This document shows positions 9,900 through 19,818 of a DNA stretch of 64,000 nt, one piece after another. Position 1 is the stretch's first letter, and each line of letters begins with the position of its first letter. The notes beneath the pieces are model-generated. The model did not search any database. It saw only the letters and a list, made by a program, of their open reading frames with translations, and was not told the DNA's origin. A program made the position numbers and the translations under genes. Origin of the DNA: Gemmatimonadaceae bacterium (GTDB lineage Bacteria; Gemmatimonadota; Gemmatimonadetes; Gemmatimonadales; Gemmatimonadaceae); the NCBI GenBank assembly GCA_045803545.1, contig JBJMOW010000004.1:608001-672000 (forward strand), in the 5' to 3' direction.

Positions 9900-10463
9900 T
9901 CAGTGCTGGTTTCTCCTCGTCGGCTCATACTGCATCGCCATGATTCCTGAAGCGAGCTCGAGCCGCCTCACAAGATTCAAATCGACGATCTTCGATAGTC
10001 CAGCCAACAACGTCGGACCATGGCCGACTACTCGGGGATGGACGACGAATTCGTATTCATCGATTAATCCCAGCTCCGCCAGCGCCAGCGGGAGCGTCAC
10101 GCCTCCCGTGAGCAGGCCCTTGCCCGGCTGCGACTTCAGCTGCCGGACGGAGTTGCCCAAATCACCCCGGAGGAGCTCAGCGTTCCAATCAACGCGATCG
10201 AGAGTACTCGACACCACGTATTTCTTTTTTGCCGCGATCGTTTGCGCGAAATCTTTCTCGTAATCCTCCCACGTACCCGGCGGCGGTTGCTGGCGCCAAC
10301 CTGCCTCCATCATCTCGTAGGTTACTCTGCCGAACAGCAGCGCATCGGCCCGCTCGAAGTTCTCCATCGCGTGACGATGGATGTCTTCGTTAGGAATACC
10401 CACCCGATGGTCGCAGCAGCCGTCCAGTGTGACATTGATGGAGTAGCGAAGCGGTCGCGTCAT
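9900..10463 (-). CDS. Dihydrofolate reductase family (RibD C-terminal) protein
   Basis: TLDG, GRVTYE and GLIDEY motifs. Confidence 0.85.
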   Translation of the reverse strand: MTRPLRYSINVTLDGCCDHRVGIPNEDIHRHAMENFERADALLFGRVTYEMMEAGWRQQPPPGTWEDYEKDFAQTIAAKKKYVVSSTLDRVDWNAELLRGDLGNSVRQLKSQPGKGLLTGGVTLPLALAELGLIDEYEFVVHPRVVGHGPTLLAGLSKIVDLNLVRRLELASGIMAMQYEPTRRNQH

Positions 10464-10930
10464 TTGATTGGGCTGTAGTCGGTCGCCACCATGAAGGTAT
10501 TATCGACCTGGACGTTCACCGGAATCTCAGTGCGTGTTTTCACCCACTCAGGATCGGCGCTGAACGCCGCCCATGCGGAATCCCTCGCCGCCGCATCACG
10601 GTAGGCGAGTACGTACACCAGCTGATCGAGTCGCCCGACAGGCTGCCAGAATCCGATGACGGTCATCCCGTGCTTCTGGAACAGCGCGATGGTGTGGTCA
10701 CGAAAACGGCCGTGCAGCGCGTCCGCCGAACTGCCTCCTTGTACCGTGTACGTGCGGAGCTCGAAGCACCGGGAATCTCTCGCCGTGTTCTTGATGTCCA
10801 GTCCGGGACCGCACGGTGGTGTCGTGGCCCGCGCCGCCAAGGCGCGTGGAGCGGGAATCTGGTACGAAGCGGGAGCGGCGGTACAGGCGAGCATGGTGAT
10901 GATCAGGCAGATGATCCGTGTATTCACTGA
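10460..10930 (-). CDS. NIPSNAP family protein with signal peptide
   Basis: FELRTY, RF..HT..LF.KHGM, DPEW and TDYSP motifs. Confidence 0.75.
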   Translation of the reverse strand, partial: SVNTRIICLIITMLACTAAPASYQIPAPRALAARATTPPCGPGLDIKNTARDSRCFELRTYTVQGGSSADALHGRFRDHTIALFQKHGMTVIGFWQPVGRLDQLVYVLAYRDAAARDSAWAAFSADPEWVKTRTEIPVNVQVDNTFMVATDYSPIK

Positions 10931-11002
10931 GCCTCCCTTGATGACGGCGCCCAAAGCGCATGCGCATATTAGTCCACCCACTTCAACCCATCCAGCACCG
11001 CG

Positions 11003-14000
11003 ATGAACACGAAACACGCTGTCGTCCTGACCGTAGCCATTATCGTCGCCGCCATCTCCGTCGCAGCGACACCCGTCAAACCTGAATTGCTCACCGGGCT
11101 TGTCTGGCGCAATGTCGGTCCGTTCCGGGCAGGCCGCATCTCCGCCGTTTCCGGCGTGATCGGCGAACCGGGAACGTTCTACATCGGTTTGCCCGCCGGC
11201 GGTGTGTGGAAGACAACGAACGCGGGCGCTACCTGGTGGCCCATCTTCGACGCTGTCAGGGACGCGGAGGTGATTGGCGCGGTGGAAGTGTCACCGTCGA
11301 ATGGCAACACCATCTATGTCGGTACCGGCGATTTGATCGCCGGCGGTGGAATCGCCGAAGGCAACGGCATGTACAAGAGCACCGATGCCGGCGCGACGTG
11401 GACTCACATCGGCCTCGAGAAGACGAAGCAGATCCCCAGCATCGTCGTCGACCCGCGGGACGCGAACGTGGTGCTCGTCGCAGCGCAAGGCGACGTCCGC
11501 CATAAGAGCGAGGACCGCGGCGTTTTTCGCTCAACAAACGGCGGGAGCAACTGGGCGCGCACGTTGTTCGTCGACGACTCGACGGGCGTCCAGAAGCTGG
11601 CGATCGCTTTCGACCGCCCGGACGTTGTGTTCGCGACGACGGTACGCCACTACGCGGCTGCGCCAATCGGTCCACCCATCGTCCCGCCTGGCGGACTGGG
11701 TGGCGGTGGGGGCCCCGCGGGTGGCCAACGCTCACAGGGCCCAACCGGGACTTCCATTTACAAATCCGTCGACGGGGGCATCACCTGGAAAGAGCTGACC
11801 GGCGGTGGATTGCCGCGCATTTCCGGTCGCACATCAATCGCTGTCGCTATTGGCACCAACGCGCAGCGCGTGTACTTCACCACCAACATCGGGTTCTTCC
11901 GTTCGGATGACGGCGGCGCCACGTGGAAGCAGATGGATGCGGCCGACACGCGCATTCGTAACGGACAGGGCGGCTACAACTGCGGCGTCTACATCGACCC
12001 GAAGAATCCGGACGTCGTCTACGTCTTCAACACGTCGTCGTACATCTCACGCGATGGCGGCAACACCTTCACCGGTTTCAGGGGCGCGCCGGGCGGCGAC
12101 GATCCGCAGCAAGGTTGGATCGATCCAACCAATGGCAAGCGCATCATACTCGGCTACGATCAGGGCGCGATCGTTTCGCTCGACGGCGGCGCCACCTGGA
12201 GCTCGTGGTATAACCAATCCACCGAGCAGGTCTATCACGTCTCGGCGGACAATTCCTTTCCGTACTGGATCTACGCATCCCAACAGGATGCCGGCGCAGT
12301 GCGCACGCGCGCCCGCGGCATCCTCGGCGCGGTAACACCGCTCGATTGGAATCCAGTGAACGGATGGGAGTGGGGCACTGTTCTGCCCGACCCGCTCGAC
12401 CCGAATTCCGTGTACGCAACCGGTAACGGCGTCATCAGGATTTCGTATCCGAGCGAGCAGTGGGTGAACGTCAGCCCGGCACAGGACGCGTCGCTTCACC
12501 TCCGCGTCAACATCGACGCCCCGCTGCTGTTCGATCCCTTCGATCCACACCGGTTGTTCGCAGGCTACCAGTACCTGATGTCGACGACGGACGGAGGAGC
12601 GCATTGGACGAAGATGAGTCCGAATCTCGGCTATCCAGCAAGCTTCAAGGTTCCGGAAGACACTGCGACGCCCAAACCAGGCGAGCCGATTCCGGGCACC
12701 ATCATGTCGATCGGCGCATCCACGGTCGCGCGTGGACTGATCTGGGTGGGTGTGAACACCGGGCTGGTGAAAGTGACGCGCGACAACGGGCGGACGTGGA
12801 CCGATGTGTCCGGCTTCTCGATGCCCGGCCAAATCCATTCGGTGGAACCGTCGCACTCGAATGCGGCGGAGGCGTACGTGACAGCTGATCGACGCGGAAG
12901 CGCCGACTACAACCCGTACGTCTACCGTACTCGCGATTACGGCAAGACGTGGACTTTGATTACCAATGGGCTCGCCACCGGTGAATCCAACGGCAGCTAC
13001 GCGCGCATCCTCCGCGAGGATCCGAAGCGACCCGGGCTCGTCTTCCTCGGCACGGAGAGCGCGATGTACGTGTCGTTCGACGACGGCGATTCATGGCAGT
13101 CGCTGATGCTCAATCTGCCGACGACGTCGTTCCGTGATATCGCGATCAAGGGCAACGATCTCATCGTCGGCACGTACGGACGCGGGATCTTCGTGCTCGA
13201 CGACTACGCCGTGTTGCGGCAATTCAGCGACGGAGTGGCAAACGAGGATGCGCACCTCTTCAAGCCGGACGGCGCAGTGCGTGTGCGCCGCAATGTCGGT
13301 GCGGACACGCCGTTCCCGCTCGAGGTGCCGCATGCGCTGAATCCGCCCGATGGCGCCATTATCTATTACTGGCTGGGGAACGCCGCGAACAGCCGCGTCA
13401 CGATGGAGGTTCTGGATTCATCGGGTGTGGTCGTGCGCCACTATTCGAGCGATCCTATCCCGCCAGTTCCTGAAGCGGCGCGTCCGCCGCATCCGAACTT
13501 CTGGGTGAAACTCGAGCAGCCCCTCCCCACGGATGCAGGAATGCACCGCGTGAATTGGAATTTGCGCTACGACGCACCACCGGCATTCGCGCACACGTTC
13601 GAAATCAACGCGAATCCCGGCGAGACGCCGGCGTCACCCGAAGGTTCACTTGTGCCACCCGGGACATACACGGTGCGTCTTACGGTGAATGGAAAGGCGC
13701 ACTCCGAAAGAGTGGTCGTCACCAGCGACCCGCGCTCGCCGGCGAATCTCGCAGCGCTCAAAGCCCAGGATGCGTTGATCAGGAAGCTGAACGCGGCGGA
13801 ACGGGTGGCGTGGGAAGCCTTCCGGCAGACGGACACGACGCGCGCCCAGCTTCGCACGCTGACGGCATCCGACTCCACGAGCGCCGCCGTGAAGGCGATT
13901 CGGGAATACATAGCGAAGCTCGACACGCTGGGCGGCGCAGCGGCGGGCGGCGGCTTTAGCTTCGGTGGCGCTGGCTTCGGTGCCAACGCACGTCCAACGC

Positions 14001-14242
14001 TCGTGCAACTGGTCAACCAATTTCTGAGTCAGCTCGGAACGTTCGAAAACGGCGACGTCGCGCCGACCGCGGCGATGTACGCGGCCTACAAGTCGACGTG
14101 CAACGATCTGGTAAAGTCGATCACTGCGTGGGCCGCACTCAATGGCGCCGATTTCAGCGCATTGAATGCCGCGCTCGCCGCGGCTGGAAAGACTCCATTG
14201 ACGAAGGCTCTCGGAGTGCAGGCGCCGGCGTGTGGAGCATAG
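11003..14242 (+). CDS. Secreted BNR/VPS10 beta-propeller glycosyl-hydrolase-like protein
   Basis: Signal peptide, WRNVGP and many SxDxGxTW Asp-box repeats. Confidence 0.85.
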   Translation: MNTKHAVVLTVAIIVAAISVAATPVKPELLTGLVWRNVGPFRAGRISAVSGVIGEPGTFYIGLPAGGVWKTTNAGATWWPIFDAVRDAEVIGAVEVSPSNGNTIYVGTGDLIAGGGIAEGNGMYKSTDAGATWTHIGLEKTKQIPSIVVDPRDANVVLVAAQGDVRHKSEDRGVFRSTNGGSNWARTLFVDDSTGVQKLAIAFDRPDVVFATTVRHYAAAPIGPPIVPPGGLGGGGGPAGGQRSQGPTGTSIYKSVDGGITWKELTGGGLPRISGRTSIAVAIGTNAQRVYFTTNIGFFRSDDGGATWKQMDAADTRIRNGQGGYNCGVYIDPKNPDVVYVFNTSSYISRDGGNTFTGFRGAPGGDDPQQGWIDPTNGKRIILGYDQGAIVSLDGGATWSSWYNQSTEQVYHVSADNSFPYWIYASQQDAGAVRTRARGILGAVTPLDWNPVNGWEWGTVLPDPLDPNSVYATGNGVIRISYPSEQWVNVSPAQDASLHLRVNIDAPLLFDPFDPHRLFAGYQYLMSTTDGGAHWTKMSPNLGYPASFKVPEDTATPKPGEPIPGTIMSIGASTVARGLIWVGVNTGLVKVTRDNGRTWTDVSGFSMPGQIHSVEPSHSNAAEAYVTADRRGSADYNPYVYRTRDYGKTWTLITNGLATGESNGSYARILREDPKRPGLVFLGTESAMYVSFDDGDSWQSLMLNLPTTSFRDIAIKGNDLIVGTYGRGIFVLDDYAVLRQFSDGVANEDAHLFKPDGAVRVRRNVGADTPFPLEVPHALNPPDGAIIYYWLGNAANSRVTMEVLDSSGVVVRHYSSDPIPPVPEAARPPHPNFWVKLEQPLPTDAGMHRVNWNLRYDAPPAFAHTFEINANPGETPASPEGSLVPPGTYTVRLTVNGKAHSERVVVTSDPRSPANLAALKAQDALIRKLNAAERVAWEAFRQTDTTRAQLRTLTASDSTSAAVKAIREYIAKLDTLGGAAAGGGFSFGGAGFGANARPTLVQLVNQFLSQLGTFENGDVAPTAAMYAAYKSTCNDLVKSITAWAALNGADFSALNAALAAAGKTPLTKALGVQAPACGA

Positions 14243-14284
14243 ACCGACTAGCTGATGCGGCTTAGTTCGCTGTTTGCTGCCGGC

Positions 14285-14683
14285 TCATGCAGTCTGGTGG
14301 AGCAGCATCCATGATGCGCCGAATCGGTCGCGTAGCATCGCAAAGCGATTCGCGAACGGCGTTTTCTCCAGCTTCATGAAGATCTCGCCGCCATCGCCGA
14401 GCACGGAATAAGTGCGCTCCGCTTCCGCCTCACTGTCAACGGTAAGAGTGAGATACGCACTCCGCATCGTCTCCGCCTGCGGGATGTCGGCACCCATCAG
14501 CACAATCGTGCCGATCTCGATGCGCGCGTGAAGGATCTTGTCTTTCCAGTCCGCGGGTGTAGCGGGATTAGGCATGTCGCGATGGCGGACTATTTGGGTG
14601 ATCTTGCCGCCAAGGTGTTGTTCGTAGAACCGAAACGCTTCCTCGCAGCTGCCACGATAGTTCACATAGACATCAAGTCTCAT
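14285..14683 (-). CDS. VOC/PhnB family protein
   Basis: GxCEEAFRFY and DRFGxxW motifs; start at MRLDVY. Confidence 0.8.
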   Translation of the reverse strand: MRLDVYVNYRGSCEEAFRFYEQHLGGKITQIVRHRDMPNPATPADWKDKILHARIEIGTIVLMGADIPQAETMRSAYLTLTVDSEAEAERTYSVLGDGGEIFMKLEKTPFANRFAMLRDRFGASWMLLHQTA

Positions 14684-14684
14684 T

Positions 14685-15287
14685 TCACTTCCTCCCCTTC
14701 TGTACCGCATAGCGCAGGTGTGTAACTCCAACGCCCTGAATCGCAGTTGGATTGCCGAGGACGACTGGCGTGCCAGCGAGGTGATCAAAGAGTCGAATTC
14801 CGGAGCCAAGAAGAACCGCCGCGACGTCGACGGCGATTTCGTCGATGAGCCCGGCATTCAGAAGTTGCTGGATGGTGTCAGCGCCGTGCACTGCAACGGA
14901 CTTCCTTCCGGCGGCGGCTTTCGCTTGCTTCACTGCGCTCTCGAGTCCGTCTGTTACGAAATGGACAGTGGAATTGGGCCGCGGCCATCCGTCCGGGACT
15001 TGATGAGTCAGCACGAACGCCGGCCCCCACGCGTGGTTTCCGCCCCAGCCTTCGGCCTTGTCGAAAGTGCGTCGACCCGTGAGCACTGCACCGAGCTCAG
15101 ACCAGAGATTGCGAAGGTGCTCGGCGCTCGGCGCCGACACGTTGAAGGTCATCGGATCCGACCCTCCGGTGTTGAATTCGACGTTACCCGAGTGCATGTA
15201 CCAGTCGAACACCTCGGCAACGCCATCGTTGGGATCGGCGACGAAACCGTCGAGCGACACCGACATGAGTGCGACAAGCTTCGACAT
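14685..15287 (-). CDS. Dihydrofolate reductase family protein
   Basis: SLDGF, GRRTF and GLIDE motifs. Confidence 0.85.
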   Translation of the reverse strand: MSKLVALMSVSLDGFVADPNDGVAEVFDWYMHSGNVEFNTGGSDPMTFNVSAPSAEHLRNLWSELGAVLTGRRTFDKAEGWGGNHAWGPAFVLTHQVPDGWPRPNSTVHFVTDGLESAVKQAKAAAGRKSVAVHGADTIQQLLNAGLIDEIAVDVAAVLLGSGIRLFDHLAGTPVVLGNPTAIQGVGVTHLRYAVQKGRK

Positions 15288-15340
15288 TGAGGGTTTCCTT
15301 TCGATGAATGGAGACTGCGTTCAGTGGACCCTACTGTTAC

Positions 15341-15367
15341 TACGAACGAGTACCACTCGAATCGACA
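15341..15367 (-). promoter_or_regulatory. ECF42-like promoter motif
   Basis: TGTCGA-N17-CGTA on minus strand, upstream of a DHFR-like gene. Confidence 0.5.
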
Positions 15368-15407
15368 CTCCGACGCATATAGGCGGTAGGCATTGGTCGG
15401 ATCGATG

Positions 15408-15845
15408 TCAGGGACCACGCGCGCGGATGGCTCGGACGTCTCGAAACCGCGTGTTATCAGGAAGCCGCAATTCCCCGGTCAGGCTATTGCCGCGCACGGT
15501 GAAGCGCCAGACACCCTGCGGAATACTGCAAGTGATTTGGCCACTCGGCGGCAGCAGGCGACAGCCGAGGACACCCATATCCAGTTCCTCGCCGCGGACG
15601 ATCCTGAATGCGTCAATCGACAGGCTGTCTGCTGCTTTCATCGGCGTGATCCGATACACGACGATCTCGTCGTGGCATCCCGACGGGCGCACCAGGCAAG
15701 ATGACGTGCCACGCCAGGTGCCGATGGGAGTTGTGAGTGCCGCCGGATGGACGGCGCCTTGCGCGATCGCCGTATGCGCGGGCGCGCCAGCGAGTGCGGC
15801 GCCCACCAGGTGAATCGCCAAAGCCACGACGATTCGACGGTTCAT
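15408..15845 (-). CDS. Hypothetical secreted protein
   Basis: Signal peptide; GTWRGTSSC..CHDE..Y motif. Confidence 0.6.
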   Translation of the reverse strand: MNRRIVVALAIHLVGAALAGAPAHTAIAQGAVHPAALTTPIGTWRGTSSCLVRPSGCHDEIVVYRITPMKAADSLSIDAFRIVRGEELDMGVLGCRLLPPSGQITCSIPQGVWRFTVRGNSLTGELRLPDNTRFRDVRAIRARGP

Positions 15846-16040
15846 CGCACAGGGGTTCCGGCGGTCGAGTCGAATCCTTGTCGAAAGGCGTTCCTGGTAC
15901 CCTGTCGATCTCGTATGAACTCGATTGCAAGCAGTACGAGAATAACCACGACGATAACTGAGACGATCTGTTTGGTCCTGGGGTTCACGTATCCTCCTCA
16001 CGTACCTTTCTTATTGCGCCGCCAGGCGCCGCGATGATCT

Positions 16041-16409
16041 TCAATGCTGTACCGGTTCGACGCGAACGGCTGTCCCGTAACACAGCACTTCTGTCACGCC
16101 TTTCATCAACTCGTTCGCGTCATAGCGGATGCCGATCACTGCGTCCGCCCCCGCCATATGCGCTTGAACCAACATCGTGTCGAAAGCCTGCTTGCGCGTT
16201 CGCTCAGCGAGCTCTGTGAAGAGCGAGATGTTGCCGCCAAGCATCGTCTGTAGCGCAGCGCCAGCCGTCCCGAAAACCGATCGCGATCGGACCACAACAC
16301 CACGTACGACACCAAGGTTATCGACGATGCGGAACCCGGGCACGTCGAAGCCGGTCGTCGTCATGTTGGCCGGAATGTCTGCTACCTGCGAATTGATGAT
16401 CGAAGACAT
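16041..16409 (-). CDS. YbjQ/UPF0145 family protein
   Basis: GADAVIGIRYD and YGTAV motifs. Confidence 0.85.
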   Translation of the reverse strand: MSSIINSQVADIPANMTTTGFDVPGFRIVDNLGVVRGVVVRSRSVFGTAGAALQTMLGGNISLFTELAERTRKQAFDTMLVQAHMAGADAVIGIRYDANELMKGVTEVLCYGTAVRVEPVQH

Positions 16410-16445
16410 GAGTGAAGTTTCGCGTTGAGTTGTCAGCTGTCGAAA

Positions 16446-17024
16446 CTACCCTGTCTTGAGAGGCCCCGCGACCTTGTAACTGTTGAGGACGATGCCGGAC
16501 GGAAATGCTTTCGTGCCGACGAGCTCGAATGAGCGTGCCGGGGTTCCCTCCGCGAAGAAGCGCTTCCCGGTGCCTATCACGGTCGGATAAACGGCGAGCA
16601 GAACTTCATCGGCCAGCCCGTGTTCGAGCACCGGCGATGTCAGCGTGGAGCTTCCCGAGAGGATCAAGGCCGGGCCGTCCTGCGACTTGATGCGGCGAAT
16701 GCCCTCGACGAGGTCCGGTCCAACGGCCGCGAAAGGTCCCCATTCAAGACTCTCAGGCCGATGGGTCACGACGAACTTTGTTGCCGCATTGAGTCTGTCC
16801 GCGAACGGGTTGTTCGGCGACTTTGGCCAGAAGCCCGACCACATATCGTAGGTGCGACGGCCAAGCAGTAAATCGAAGTGCTCGCCATGCTCGGCGAGCA
16901 AGGCGTCACGACCGGCCGGTGTCCGATAGGGCGCAGTCCAGTTTTCGTACGGGAAGCCGTCTTCGCCGGACGACTGCATCACGCCATCCAGCGAGATGTG
17001 TTCAATGATCTTGAGTTTTCTCAT
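16446..17024 (-). CDS. Dihydrofolate reductase family protein
   Basis: SLDGV, GRRTYD and GLADE motifs. Confidence 0.85.
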   Translation of the reverse strand: MRKLKIIEHISLDGVMQSSGEDGFPYENWTAPYRTPAGRDALLAEHGEHFDLLLGRRTYDMWSGFWPKSPNNPFADRLNAATKFVVTHRPESLEWGPFAAVGPDLVEGIRRIKSQDGPALILSGSSTLTSPVLEHGLADEVLLAVYPTVIGTGKRFFAEGTPARSFELVGTKAFPSGIVLNSYKVAGPLKTG

Positions 17025-17116
17025 TTGAACTTCTGCATCTCGACGAACGCTTCTGGCTTCGGCGGAGGGCCAGGTTCCGATTCTTTCGTCATCATGCCCA
17101 TGACTATGAAACGCAT
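17021..17116 (-). pseudogene. Truncated YciI/DGPF-family N-terminus
   Basis: MRFIVMGMMTKESEPGPPPKPEAFVEMQKFK*; stop overlaps the DHFR ATG (ATGA). Confidence 0.55.
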
Positions 17117-17176
17117 CGTTCTCCCTGAATTCGGTTCGTGTCGCCTAGCGCGCTTCGTTCGCGGCCTCACTTACAC

Positions 17177-17203
17177 GTCGAACGAGCCCGGTCAAAATCG
17201 ACA
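17177..17203 (-). promoter_or_regulatory. ECF42-like promoter motif
   Basis: TGTCGA-N17-CGAC upstream of the YciI remnant. Confidence 0.55.
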
Positions 17204-17327
17204 CAGCTGTTACATGTCGTGAATGCGCGCTCTTGAATCCGCACCCCATCGCTCATACTTTACATCACAAAGCACTTGACACTCCCCATAATCAGCAGTG
17301 CCACGGTGCAGCGATGGGCGGAGGGAT

Positions 17328-17793
17328 CATGCAGAAATTGCTGCGTCGCATTCGCGGCGCAATCGGGATGGGCTTCGCGTGGGGAGCAGCATGGTCTCTT
17401 GCAGGCTCAGCGCCGCGTTGGTTGTTTGGCTTCAATGCCGACGTTCCGTTCCCGCTCGTATTCGGTGTACTGGGCTTCATTGCCGGCATCATCTTTTTCG
17501 CGCTCCTCGTGTTGACCGAGCGCCGTCGCACATTTGACCAGCTGTCGCTTCCGCGATTTGCAGCGTGGGGTGGCGTGGGCGGCCTTCTGCTATCGGCCAT
17601 CTTCACGAGGATCGCATCCCTCGGTGCGGGAGACGTGTTAGTGCTCGCCCCGACGTTCGTCGTTGCGTGCGCGGCCTGCGCCTCTGGTTCGCTCGCTTTG
17701 GCCAGACGTGCGGAAAGACTGAAATTGCCCGATGGCCGTGGGGATACCGCCGACGCCGAACTCACACACCATGAGAAGCGGAGACTGCGTTGA
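17328..17793 (+). CDS. Hypothetical membrane protein
   Basis: 4 TM segments; GGAGG SD before the ATG. Confidence 0.65.
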
Positions 17794-18217
17794 CAGGGGC
17801 AACGTATTTCGTTGACATCCACGCGGCGGCAGTCAAACAAATCGTAATCGCGATTGAAAACGCGAGTGGTATAAGAAACAGGTACTTCCAGCTCACGACA
17901 GTGATGGCGGCAAACGAAAGAGCGAAGCCCCACACAGTGCCGCGCATGAGCGCCAGCGTCGCTACCGGCAGGCCACCTAGCTGCCAGGCCAATATTGCAG
18001 CGAAGAGATAAAACACGCCGACAGACAAGCCGGCTGCTATAAAGAAATCCCAAAAGGTGCGGTTGAATCCCAGCACGTCGAAGTGAATCGACTGCATTGA
18101 CCTAAGCAGCGCATCAACTCCCCATTTGGGATCAGTCTGGCTAAAGGCGAGAGTATGGATCACGGAGAAAAGGAGAAGAAGAACAGCAGCGATTCGATAA
18201 AACGTGGATGCTCTCAT
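17762..18217 (-). CDS. Hypothetical 4-TM membrane protein
   Basis: Hydrophobic ORF with GGAGG SD upstream. Confidence 0.65.
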   Translation of the reverse strand: MRASTFYRIAAVLLLLFSVIHTLAFSQTDPKWGVDALLRSMQSIHFDVLGFNRTFWDFFIAAGLSVGVFYLFAAILAWQLGGLPVATLALMRGTVWGFALSFAAITVVSWKYLFLIPLAFSIAITICLTAAAWMSTKYVAPVNAVSASHGV

Positions 18218-18290
18218 TGCTGCCTCCAGAGATACGGATCATTGGCGCGCAGAGACTCGGTAGCGCAGGTGTTTCTGGAATTCACTCCAG

Positions 18291-18878
18291 TTAGCGTCTC
18301 TCGAGGAACCCTCTGCCTTCGAATATCGCGGGCCTCGCCTTTTCGATGCGCGCCGCCCGCGTCGCCGACTGCTTGGCTGCGGCAAAGTGGTAGAGGTAAC
18401 CCCTCTGCCGCCCCGGCGTCAGCGCTTCGAAGGCGCGCTTGAAGCGCGAGTCTCTTCGGAATTCCTCGGTCAGTTCCTCGGGCACCGGAAGATCTGAGGT
18501 CCTCCTCTGCTTCATCCGCAGCCCGGCCTTCTCGACTGCGATGGCCTCGCGCGCGTACGCCTTGATGATCGTCGCCTTCGCCTTGATCTCCTTTGCGCTG
18601 GTGAACTTCATCACGCGTCCGGCGTGCGTTTGGCCAAGCTGCGCCAGCATCTTTTTGGGATCCTTCAGCAGGGCGCCCTGAAAGAAGCCCAGCGCGAAGT
18701 AGTCTTTGAAGCCCTGCATGATGACGATGTTCTTTCCATTCACTGTGTAAGTGGGCTTACCCCACTTACAGTCCTCCTTCATCGCAAAGCCAGCGAGCAC
18801 CCGCCGCATCTCCGCGATCTCTGCCTCCCACCGGTCTCGATACGCCATCTCCATGCGAGCATCACCCTCCACAATCAT
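18291..18878 (-). CDS. YdeI/OmpD-associated (DUF1801) protein
   Basis: KWGKPTY, FFQGALL, LTPGRQRGY and AKQSATR motifs. Confidence 0.85.
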   Translation of the reverse strand: MIVEGDARMEMAYRDRWEAEIAEMRRVLAGFAMKEDCKWGKPTYTVNGKNIVIMQGFKDYFALGFFQGALLKDPKKMLAQLGQTHAGRVMKFTSAKEIKAKATIIKAYAREAIAVEKAGLRMKQRRTSDLPVPEELTEEFRRDSRFKRAFEALTPGRQRGYLYHFAAAKQSATRAARIEKARPAIFEGRGFLERR

Positions 18879-18919
18879 TTAGGTCAACACTGAAGTGGGA
18901 TGTGTCAGGCAGTCGTGAT

Positions 18920-19177
18920 TTACAACTCGTTGTTCGGTGGCCGACGCGACAGATCATTAAAACGTTTCCGGATGCGTGGAGGCCAGAGCGCAATGACGGC
19001 GCCGAGCACCAAAAGGGCCAGGCAGACAAACCATGCCAGGTACTGATAGGCCGCGCGCTCAAACGCGAATGAGTCTTCCGATGAAAGCCGGGTGAAGCCG
19101 GGATAACGCCAGACACCCGAGACACGCAGGCCGACTATCCCAATGACCATTAAAACGCCGGAAATTATTTTTCGCAT
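18920..19177 (-). CDS. Small hypothetical membrane protein (cassette-like)
   Basis: MRKIISG start about 10 bp after an attC remnant; 2 TM segments. Confidence 0.45.
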   Translation of the reverse strand: MRKIISGVLMVIGIVGLRVSGVWRYPGFTRLSSEDSFAFERAAYQYLAWFVCLALLVLGAVIALWPPRIRKRFNDLSRRPPNNEL

Positions 19178-19186
19178 TCTGTTCGC

Positions 19187-19209
19187 GCCTAATGCCTTAA
19201 GGTGCAGCG
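19187..19209 (-). repeat. Degenerate attC remnant
   Basis: GCCTAATGCCTTAAGGTGCAGCG resembles GCCTAACGCCTTAGGTCAGC. Confidence 0.35.
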
Positions 19210-19226
19210 CATACTCACAGTCGTCA

Positions 19227-19790
19227 CTACGACCATACCCACACCGCGACAAACAACAGCATGATACCGAGCCCTCGCAGTAACCAGGCGACCGGCCGCG
19301 AGCTGGGCGCATGTCGACGCATCCAAATCAGTACGGCTACGCCTAGTCCCGCGGCAACGAGAGCGTCGAGTGCGTTGCTATCAAAAAGGTACCCGCCGTT
19401 AAAAGCAACGTAGCGAGAGTTTACGGCGATACTCGCCATCAGAATACCGGGTATGACGGCAAGAAGCTCCCACGCGCCGAGTATCGGTCGAGCAATCGAC
19501 GCAGCCGACAGATCGTCCCCCGGCGCATCGTGTTGCTCTGCGAACCGCGTCAGCCAGGAGTAGGTCTCCCAAATGACCGCATAGCTGACGAGAAGGTCCA
19601 GCACTCCGCCGAGCCGTTGCGCAAGGCTGGGTTGACCGAATGCAACGATGCCTAGACTGAGTGAGACATCCGATACGCCCTGGGCCACGATCTCCCAGAT
19701 CGATGCGCCGCGCAGCACCGCTCTCCGAGCAATAATGGCCGCAGCCACAATGCGGACGGTGGCGTACACGAAGGAGAGCACAGAAATCAT
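19227..19790 (-). CDS. Hypothetical membrane protein
   Basis: Multi-TM ORF of 187 aa. Confidence 0.5.
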   Translation of the reverse strand: MISVLSFVYATVRIVAAAIIARRAVLRGASIWEIVAQGVSDVSLSLGIVAFGQPSLAQRLGGVLDLLVSYAVIWETYSWLTRFAEQHDAPGDDLSAASIARPILGAWELLAVIPGILMASIAVNSRYVAFNGGYLFDSNALDALVAAGLGVAVLIWMRRHAPSSRPVAWLLRGLGIMLLFVAVWVWS

Positions 19791-19818
19791 GAACTCGCGC
19801 TCGCGTGGAGAGTCTGCC